Source of the DNA: an uncultured bacterium | Lineage (GTDB): Bacteria; Bacteroidota; Bacteroidia; Chitinophagales; Chitinophagaceae | Length of the DNA: 64,000 bases | NCBI GenBank assembly: GCA_965650105.1 | Contig: CBFGNI010000001.1 | Coordinates: 730 to 64,729 of the forward strand | Reading direction: 5' to 3' | Shown: piece after piece, positions 30,101 to 37,505 of the stretch | Layout: the number at the start of each line of letters is the position of its first letter | Position numbering within the stretch: the stretch's first letter is position 1 | Program-made: the position numbers and the translations under genes | Notes under the pieces: model-generated | The model's input: the letters and a program-made list of their open reading frames with translations, nothing else | Told to the model about the DNA's origin: nothing | Databases searched by the model: none

Positions 30101-31197
30101 GTAACATGCGTGTGATAATAGCTGGCGGCGGTACGGGAGGTCATATCTTCCCTGCGGTAGCTATTGCCAATGCGCTGCAAAAACTAGTGCCAGGTATCGA
30201 GTTATTGTTTGTAGGTGCGAAAGGGAAAATGGAAATGGAAAAAGTGCCGCAGGAAGGCTACGCAATACGTGGGTTGGATATAGCTGGTTTCAACCGCAGC
30301 AATATGCTGAAGAATATTTTGCTGCCTTACAAAATATGGAAGAGCCACATGGAAGCACGCAGCATACTGAAGGAATTTAAACCCGATGCTGTAGTGGGTG
30401 TTGGTGGTTATGCAAGCTTCCCGGTACTGAATGCAGCTCAGGGAATGCATATACCCACGCTGATACAAGAACAAAACTCTTATGCAGGTAAGAGCAATAA
30501 GATACTGAGCAAAAAAGCTAAAGTGGTTTGTGTGGCTTACGAGCGTATGGAGAAGTTTTTCCCTAAAGAAAAGCTAATGCTTACAGGCAATCCTGTTCGG
30601 GCAAATATTGCGCATTCAGTGGTTAGCCGCCAGGAAGGGCAGGAAACTTTTGGTTTGGATGAACGCAAAAAAACAATATTGATAGTAGGTGGTAGCCTTG
30701 GTGCGAAATCGGTTAACGAAGCTATAGATGCACACCTGGAAGAAATCTTAAAGGAAGGCGTACAACTGATATGGCAAACAGGCAAGCTGTATTATGACAA
30801 GGCACTTGCGAGGGCCGCAAAATATAGCGATAAAGTGAAGGTGTTCGATTTCATCCGCATTATGGACCATGCTTATGCGGCGGCTGATATTGTAATATCA
30901 AGGGCGGGCGCGCTGGCCATATCTGAACTGTGTATAGTGGCAAAGCCGGTAATATTTGTGCCTTTCCCTTTTGCTGCGGAAGATCATCAAACAACAAATG
31001 CTATGGCGCTTGTAGCGCACAATGCAGCATTAATGATAAAGAACAGTGATGTGCAGGCCGAATTGATAGGTAAAATAAAAACGCTGCTGTATGATAATAA
31101 CATGCAGGAGCTGATGAGTAAAAACCTGAAGGCTATGGCCATTAAGGATGCAGATGAAAGGATAGCTAAAAAAGTAATAGAGATAGCAACAGCGTAA
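30097..31197 (+). CDS. murG: Undecaprenyldiphospho-muramoylpentapeptide beta-N-acetylglucosaminyltransferase
   Basis: It has the GGGTGGHIFPA motif at the N-terminus and a 4-nt ATGA overlap with ftsW. Confidence 0.95.
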   Translation: MSNMRVIIAGGGTGGHIFPAVAIANALQKLVPGIELLFVGAKGKMEMEKVPQEGYAIRGLDIAGFNRSNMLKNILLPYKIWKSHMEARSILKEFKPDAVVGVGGYASFPVLNAAQGMHIPTLIQEQNSYAGKSNKILSKKAKVVCVAYERMEKFFPKEKLMLTGNPVRANIAHSVVSRQEGQETFGLDERKKTILIVGGSLGAKSVNEAIDAHLEEILKEGVQLIWQTGKLYYDKALARAAKYSDKVKVFDFIRIMDHAYAAADIVISRAGALAISELCIVAKPVIFVPFPFAAEDHQTTNAMALVAHNAALMIKNSDVQAELIGKIKTLLYDNNMQELMSKNLKAMAIKDADERIAKKVIEIATA

Positions 31198-31199
31198 GT

Positions 31200-32558
31200 A
31201 TGAATGTGCAACAATTGAAACAGGTTTATTTCGTAGGTATCGGTGGCATCGGTATGAGTGCGCTTGCCCGCTTCTTTAAAGCAAGGGGCGCAGTAGTGTC
31301 GGGGTACGACCGTACAGAAACAGACCTGACCAAAAAGTTGCTGTCGGAAGGAATGCACATACATTATACCGATGATGTGAACCTGGTAGATAAAAATGCG
31401 GAGCTGGTAGTATATACACCTGCTATCCCGAAAGATCATCAGGAACTGAATTGGTATCGTGATAATGGTTACAAGGTTTATAAGCGTAGCGATGTGCTGC
31501 AGTGGATAACTGAAGCGATGTTTTCAATTACAGTAGCGGGTACACATGGTAAAACAACTACTTCCACTATGATAGCGTATCTGCTTCGCGAAACAGGTTT
31601 TGGCTGCAATGCCTTCCTGGGTGGCGTATCGGTAAATTATGATAGTAACTACTGGAGCAGCGATAATAATACCGCAATTGTAGAAGCAGATGAATACGAC
31701 CGCAGCTTTTTGAAACTACGTCCTGATATAGCGGTGCTCACATCGATGGATGCGGACCACCTGGATATATATGGTACAGTTGAAGAGCTGGAGAAAGCAT
31801 TCATTGAATACACCACTAATATAAAACCGGGTGGTACTTTATTAGTAAAGCATGGCCTTGTAAAAGGCAGCGAACTGAAAGCAGATAATAAGATAAGCTA
31901 CAGTCTGCAAAACGATGCTGCTGATGTATATGCTGCCAACATACAGCAAAAACAAGGTGGCTATGTATTCGATGTAGTGTTTAAAGATAAAACCATAGAA
32001 GGTGTGCAATTGCCGATAGGTGGTATGCACAATGTAGAGAATGCAGTGGTTGCGATAGCGGTAACACAACAATTGGAAATAGAGCCTGCGAAAGTTATTG
32101 AAGCATTCAAGGGTTTCAAAGGTATCAGGCGCAGGTTCGAATATGTAGTGAAGAACGAAAAAGTAGTTTATGTTGATGACTACGCACACCACCCTGAAGA
32201 ACTGGCGGCATTGATAGGCAGCGCGAAAAGACTGTTTAGTGGCAGGCGATGTGTAGTGGCTTTCCAGCCGCACCTGTTCAGCCGCACGCGCGATCTGGCA
32301 GAAGGCTTTGCACACAGCCTCGATATGGCTGATGAAGTAATATTGCTGGATATATATCCTGCACGCGAATTGCCGATGGAAGGTGTAACGAGCCAAATGA
32401 TAGCTGATAAAATGGGCAATCCAAACCACACAATCTTATCTAAAGAAGGATTGCTGGAATATGTTAAAGCTGCGCCACTCGATTTATTTATAACCGCAGG
32501 CGCAGGCGATATTGATAAACTGGTACAGCCCATAAAAGAAATTTTAGAGAAAAAATAA
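31200..32558 (+). CDS. murC: UDP-N-acetylmuramate--L-alanine ligase
   Basis: It has FVGIGGIGMSALA and the P-loop VAGTHGKTTT, in the expected dcw position. Confidence 0.95.
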   Translation: MNVQQLKQVYFVGIGGIGMSALARFFKARGAVVSGYDRTETDLTKKLLSEGMHIHYTDDVNLVDKNAELVVYTPAIPKDHQELNWYRDNGYKVYKRSDVLQWITEAMFSITVAGTHGKTTTSTMIAYLLRETGFGCNAFLGGVSVNYDSNYWSSDNNTAIVEADEYDRSFLKLRPDIAVLTSMDADHLDIYGTVEELEKAFIEYTTNIKPGGTLLVKHGLVKGSELKADNKISYSLQNDAADVYAANIQQKQGGYVFDVVFKDKTIEGVQLPIGGMHNVENAVVAIAVTQQLEIEPAKVIEAFKGFKGIRRRFEYVVKNEKVVYVDDYAHHPEELAALIGSAKRLFSGRRCVVAFQPHLFSRTRDLAEGFAHSLDMADEVILLDIYPARELPMEGVTSQMIADKMGNPNHTILSKEGLLEYVKAAPLDLFITAGAGDIDKLVQPIKEILEKK

Positions 32559-33698
32559 ATGCAAACGAAGCGTAAAATATCAGCAAGAAAAATACTGCAA
32601 ATGGTGGTTACTGTTATAGCTACTACGGGCTGTGTTGTTGCTATGTCTTCGGCTTCAAAAGTGCAGCAGCAAAAGAAAATAAAGGATATAGATATCATTA
32701 TAAAAAACGATAGGTATAGTTTCATTGATGAGCAGGAAGTAAAGAATATACTGCTTGCCAACAGGCATATCGATCTCTTCGCTACAAGTATGGGAAAGGT
32801 TGATGTGCATAAGATGGAAAGCATCATTACATCAAATCCCTGGGTGGCTGGTGCGCAGGTATATATTGATAATAAACAGGTGCTGCATGTAAATGTTACA
32901 CAACGAGTGCCTGTGGCAAGGTTATTTGAGCAAAATGGTAACAGCTATTATCTCGATCATACACTTAAGTCAATGCCGCTATCGCCTAAGTATGTGCACT
33001 ATACTACTGTAGTTACTAATGTGCCTGAATTGAAGAACGATAGCGCAAGCAATAGCTTGAAAGCGCAAATAGTTTCCCTGGTTAGTTTTATTGATAAAGA
33101 TACTTTCTGGCGTGCGCAGGTATCTCAGCTTATAGTGAACGATGATAATACATTTGAAATAGTGCCCGTATTAGGTAATCAGAGAATACTTATTGGCGAT
33201 ACCAGCCGCATGAAGGACAAATTCCATAACCTGTTTGCCTTCTATAAACAAGTGCTGAATCGTATAGGATGGGATAAATACGAAGTGCTCGACGTTCGCT
33301 TTAACGGCCAGGTAGTGGCTTCGCCATCGCTGCCATGGAAGATACCTGCTGATAATACACTGGGTAATATGAACTGGGTAAAAGCGGTAATAGGAAACGA
33401 GCCTCCGCCTACACTGCCCGATATGCCGGCAATGCAGGTAATAAATACCGCAGCTGTAGCAGTAAATAAACCCGCCGCTAAACCAGTAGTGCCTGCAGCT
33501 ACGGCACCCGCGGCCGTAGCCAAACCTGCAGTAGTAAAGCCAGAGAAGAAAGAAACTGAAAAAATAAAACCTCAGGCAAAACTCGTAATAGAAAAAAAAG
33601 AAGTGAAGCAAGCAGCGGCTGCGCCTAAGAAGGAAGAGGTAAAGCAAAAGAAAATAAAAAAGGAAGTAAAACCTAAGTATATATACGGAGGACAATAA
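32559..33698 (+). CDS. ftsQ: Cell-division protein FtsQ with long Pro/Ala/Lys-rich C-terminal tail
   Basis: It has an N-terminal transmembrane segment (ILQMVVTVIATTGCVVA) and a POTRA-like region, and sits between murC and ftsA. The last roughly 99 aa are low-complexity (PAAKPVVPAATAPAAVAKP...KKEEVKQKKIKKE). Confidence 0.85.
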   Translation: MQTKRKISARKILQMVVTVIATTGCVVAMSSASKVQQQKKIKDIDIIIKNDRYSFIDEQEVKNILLANRHIDLFATSMGKVDVHKMESIITSNPWVAGAQVYIDNKQVLHVNVTQRVPVARLFEQNGNSYYLDHTLKSMPLSPKYVHYTTVVTNVPELKNDSASNSLKAQIVSLVSFIDKDTFWRAQVSQLIVNDDNTFEIVPVLGNQRILIGDTSRMKDKFHNLFAFYKQVLNRIGWDKYEVLDVRFNGQVVASPSLPWKIPADNTLGNMNWVKAVIGNEPPPTLPDMPAMQVINTAAVAVNKPAAKPVVPAATAPAAVAKPAVVKPEKKETEKIKPQAKLVIEKKEVKQAAAAPKKEEVKQKKIKKEVKPKYIYGGQ

Positions 33699-33725
33699 CG
33701 CATAACAATATAACACGCACGCAAT

Positions 33726-35135
33726 ATGAGCAAGAAAGAACAACCCATTATCGTCGGCCTGGACATAGGAACCACCAAGGTGGTAGCTATTGCCGGTCGT
33801 AAAAATGAATTCGGCAAACTGGAAGTGCTTGGCTTTGGTAAGGTAGAATCTGCAGGTGTTAGCCACGGTGTGGTAATGAATATCGAGCAGTGCATACGCT
33901 CTATTGAACAAGCTATCGATAAATGCATCCAGTCGAATCCTAATCTTGAGATCAAAGAAGTTTACGTAGGTATTGCAGGGCAGCACATCAAGAGCCTGCA
34001 AACACGTGGCGACAGGGTTCGTAGCAAAATAGAGGAAGAAATAAATAAGGAAGATATTGATTTGCTGGTGCGCGACCAGTACAAAACATATATACCTGCC
34101 GGAGATCAGATCATCGATATCATTCCGCAGGAGTTTACGGTAGATAACACCTCCAACGTGCTCGACCCGATAGGTATGAGTGGCGTTAAAATAGGTGCCA
34201 ACTTCCATATCATCACCGGCGATAGAAACGCAATTCGCAATATCAAGCGTTGTGTTGATAAGTCGAAGCTCAACACACGCGACCTCGTATTGCAGCCATT
34301 GGCTTCAGCAGCTTCGGTAATGAACGACGAAGACCTGGAAGCTGGTGTGGCAATAGTGGACATAGGCGGCGGTACAACTGATATGGCTGTGTTTTACGAT
34401 GGTATTCTAAAACACACTGCAGTTATCCCTTACGCAGGTGTCAATATCACTAACGATATACGCAATGGCTTAGGCGTACTACGCGCGCAGGCCGAACAAA
34501 TGAAAGTACAGTTTGGTACTGCATTGGCCGACGAAGCTAACGCTAACGCTTATATTACCATACCCGGCCTGCGTGGCTTGCCTGCTAAAGAAATATCAGT
34601 ACGCAACCTGGCACACATTATACAGGCGCGTATGCAGGAGATACTGGATTATGTAGTGTATCACCTGAAACAAATTGATCTTGATAAACGCCTTCATGGT
34701 GGTATCATTCTTACCGGTGGTGGTGCGCAGTTGAAGCATATCATCCAGCTTACCGAATACGTAACAGGTTTGGGTTGCCGCATTGGTTATCCTAACGAAC
34801 ACCTGGCTGGCGGCCATGCCGATACTTTGATGAATCCTATGTATTCAACCTGTATTGGTTTGATATTGCGTGGTTATCACGATTTCGAGAACGGCCGTAT
34901 GCGGTTCATGGGTGAAGGTGGCAACTATATGCACCTTGCCGAGGATGAAATGAAGCCTGTTATGGCCGAAGCTGCTGCACAGCAGGAAGTTGAAGAAGAC
35001 GTACAGGTAGAAGCATCGGAAGCGCAGCAGCAAAAACAAGCAAAACGAAATGAAAATCTGAAACGCTTGTTTGATGGGCTGAAAGGAAAATTCATGAGTT
35101 TCTTTGAAGAGGTGGAAGATCAGGAAATAGAATAA
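33726..35135 (+). CDS. ftsA: Cell-division protein FtsA
   Basis: Actin-like ATPase motifs: VGLDIGTTKV, VDIGGGTTD and ILTGGGAQL. Confidence 0.96.
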   Translation: MSKKEQPIIVGLDIGTTKVVAIAGRKNEFGKLEVLGFGKVESAGVSHGVVMNIEQCIRSIEQAIDKCIQSNPNLEIKEVYVGIAGQHIKSLQTRGDRVRSKIEEEINKEDIDLLVRDQYKTYIPAGDQIIDIIPQEFTVDNTSNVLDPIGMSGVKIGANFHIITGDRNAIRNIKRCVDKSKLNTRDLVLQPLASAASVMNDEDLEAGVAIVDIGGGTTDMAVFYDGILKHTAVIPYAGVNITNDIRNGLGVLRAQAEQMKVQFGTALADEANANAYITIPGLRGLPAKEISVRNLAHIIQARMQEILDYVVYHLKQIDLDKRLHGGIILTGGGAQLKHIIQLTEYVTGLGCRIGYPNEHLAGGHADTLMNPMYSTCIGLILRGYHDFENGRMRFMGEGGNYMHLAEDEMKPVMAEAAAQQEVEEDVQVEASEAQQQKQAKRNENLKRLFDGLKGKFMSFFEEVEDQEIE

Positions 35136-35209
35136 ACCATTAAATACAACTATAGCAATTTTATTATTTTTTTAAACAAAGAGTTACTAACCCAACAAAA
35201 TAAAGCATT

Positions 35210-36835
35210 ATGATACATTTTGAAATCCCCAAAAATCAATCTTCTATCATCAAGGTGATAGGCGTAGGCGGTGGTGGCGGTAATGCCGTTAACTACATGC
35301 ACAACCTCGATATCGAGTCTGTTGACTTTATTGTTTGTAATACCGATTCTCAGGCGCTTGCTTTGAGCCCGGTTGCTAATAAGATACAACTCGGCCCGCA
35401 TCTTACACAAGGTCTGGGTGCCGGTGCCAACCCCGAGGTTGGTAAGCAGGCTGGTGAAGAGAGCGTAGAAGACATCACAAAGATTTTGAAAGTAAATACG
35501 CGCATGGCGTTCATCACTGCGGGCATGGGTGGTGGTACGGGTACAGGTGGTGCGCCGGTGGTGGCAAAAGTTTGTCGCGATCTGGGCATACTTACCGTTG
35601 GTATTGTTACTACGCCTTTTACTTATGAAGGCCGTAAACGCATGAAGCAGGCACAGGAGGGTATCGACCGTATGCGCGAGCATGTGGATACGATCCTTAT
35701 CATCTCGAACGATAAGCTGCGCCAACAATTTGGTAACCTGCCTTTCACCCAGGCGTTTGCTAAAGCCGATGATATATTGGCTACTGCTACAAAATGTATT
35801 ACCGATGTTATTAATACTACCGGGCAGATCAACGTCGATTTCGCCGATGTTTGCACGGTAATGAAAAATGGTGGTGTAGCTATTTTAGGTTCCGCTGCTG
35901 TTTCAGGTGAAGACCGTGCGCTGCACGCGGTAGAACAGGCCTTGAATTCACCATTGCTGAACGATAATGATATCCGCGGCGCTAAATGGTTGCTGCTGAA
36001 CATAACATCTGCTGCCGGCGAATTTGAGCATACAATGGATGAAGCAGAAGCGATACAGGCTTATGTACAACAACAGGCCGGCGATAATTGCGATGTGATA
36101 TTGGGTATGGGGCACGATCCTAACTTAGGCGATAAAATATCTGTTACCGTTATTGCAACCGGTTTCAATCACAGGGAAGTGGTGGTAGATATGCCTGCTG
36201 CAAAAAGCAATGAACCTGAAAAGATAATTGTTCAGTTGAACAACAACAATACAGCACCGGCTGCACCGGTTGAAGCGCCTGCACCTGCTATGCCTACCCG
36301 CGCAGAAGAACTGGCACCTACCCTGGTTGAAATGAAACCTCCCGTTTCAGAATTAAAGCCTTCATTCCCTGTACAGGCGCAGCAGCCCGAAAGGCTTACG
36401 CTTGAACTGAAAGAAGATGCTGCCGCACAGCAAATGATGCCTGCTCCGCAGCCTGTTGCTGAAGAAAACCCCATGCAGCTGGTTATTAAAAATGAACCCG
36501 TGGCACAAGAGCCCGTAAAAATTGGCGCGCATGTGCTAACGGAATTTGAGCTGGAAGAGAAAAAACGTTTTGAAGAGCAAAAACGCGCTTTGGAAGAACG
36601 TGCCGATCGTCTTCGCCGTATGAGCTTCAATATAAAAGGAAACGAATCGAACGATGACCTGGAAAATGTTCCGGCCTATGTTCGCCGTAACATGAATATC
36701 GATAATACAGTTGCTTCTGCCGATCAGCACTACAGCGGTTACAGCGTAGGTGTAAATAAAGATCAAGGTAGCAACAATACACAGGGCACTATACAAACCA
36801 TTAATACTTTTTTAGATGGTAAAAAGCCCGACTAA
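35210..36835 (+). CDS. ftsZ: Cell-division GTPase FtsZ (long C-terminal linker and extension)
   Basis: It has IKVIGVGGGGGNAVN and the tubulin signature GMGGGTGTG. A linker of about 165 aa follows, then VPAYVRR, then a further 48 aa. Confidence 0.97.
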   Translation: MIHFEIPKNQSSIIKVIGVGGGGGNAVNYMHNLDIESVDFIVCNTDSQALALSPVANKIQLGPHLTQGLGAGANPEVGKQAGEESVEDITKILKVNTRMAFITAGMGGGTGTGGAPVVAKVCRDLGILTVGIVTTPFTYEGRKRMKQAQEGIDRMREHVDTILIISNDKLRQQFGNLPFTQAFAKADDILATATKCITDVINTTGQINVDFADVCTVMKNGGVAILGSAAVSGEDRALHAVEQALNSPLLNDNDIRGAKWLLLNITSAAGEFEHTMDEAEAIQAYVQQQAGDNCDVILGMGHDPNLGDKISVTVIATGFNHREVVVDMPAAKSNEPEKIIVQLNNNNTAPAAPVEAPAPAMPTRAEELAPTLVEMKPPVSELKPSFPVQAQQPERLTLELKEDAAAQQMMPAPQPVAEENPMQLVIKNEPVAQEPVKIGAHVLTEFELEEKKRFEEQKRALEERADRLRRMSFNIKGNESNDDLENVPAYVRRNMNIDNTVASADQHYSGYSVGVNKDQGSNNTQGTIQTINTFLDGKKPD

Positions 36836-36873
36836 TTCTTAAGGCTCTTTTGTTATATTTTCATATTGCGTAC

Positions 36874-36906
36874 AGCCCCCGTTTTCTAGCGGGGGCTTTT
36901 TCTTTT
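36874..36906 (+). terminator. Terminator of the dcw operon
   Basis: AGCCCCCG (36874-36881) pairs with CGGGGGCT (36890-36897), followed by a T-run. Confidence 0.85.
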
Positions 36907-36983
36907 ATTTAACAAATGTTGGTTTAAACCGCAGGCAGGTATCTGTGTCTATATCTGTACAAATCATTTAAAAAATAGCAGGT

Positions 36984-37310
36984 ATGAAACAGTTAATTTT
37001 TGCAGCAACGTTATTGGGAACTATGCTTTTTACGCAAATGGCAGAAGCTCATACACGCACAGTACATCACAGGCAATACAATCAGCACCAGCGTATACAA
37101 CAAGGTGTACGTTCAGGTCAGTTAACACATCGTGAGGCCATGCAACTAAGAATGCAGCAGGCTAAAGTGAGGAACTACAAAAAGATGGCGATGGCCGATG
37201 GCCGTGTTACACATAACGAGCGTGCTATGATATATAACCAGCAAAGGAAAAACAATAATAATATATATCATCAGAAACACGATGGTCAGCAAAGACGTTA
37301 TATCAGGTAA
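36984..37310 (+). CDS. Small secreted His/Gln/Arg-rich protein with an internal repeat
   Basis: It has a signal peptide (MKQLIFAATLLGTMLFTQMAEA). The duplicated motif is SGQLTHREAMQLRMQQ / DGRVTHNERAMIYNQQ. The gene has its own terminator. Confidence 0.6.
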   Translation: MKQLIFAATLLGTMLFTQMAEAHTRTVHHRQYNQHQRIQQGVRSGQLTHREAMQLRMQQAKVRNYKKMAMADGRVTHNERAMIYNQQRKNNNNIYHQKHDGQQRRYIR

Positions 37311-37345
37311 ATAAGGCGGGACATAGTGTGTAGTTTAGAATGGGT

Positions 37346-37383
37346 AAAGCCATATTGCTTTTTGCAGTATGGCTTTTGTTTGT
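37346..37383 (+). terminator. Rho-independent terminator
   Basis: AAAGCCATA (37346-37354) pairs with TATGGCTTT (37368-37376), followed by TTGTTTG. Confidence 0.7.
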
Positions 37384-37505
37384 ATGCTATGTTAAGTGTA
37401 TTTGATTTTTTTATTATCCTAACAATAAGCTTCTATTAAGTATCTGTATGCCTAGTGTTATTGCTTGTGCTGGTTCTTTTCTTTGCCGCAAATCAATTTT
37501 TAGCA

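Noticed and set aside
31842-32827. Minus-strand ORFs of 195 aa and 215 aa over murC and ftsQ
   Set aside because: They are antisense to conserved genes and have no recognisable motifs. Their composition is typical of shadow frames.
33171-34208. 345-aa minus-strand ORF spanning the ftsQ-ftsA junction
   Set aside because: It is antisense to two well-supported genes. Its sequence is dominated by Y/F/L/R/C runs that mirror the Lys/Glu-rich FtsQ tail, so it is an artefact of complementary low-complexity DNA.
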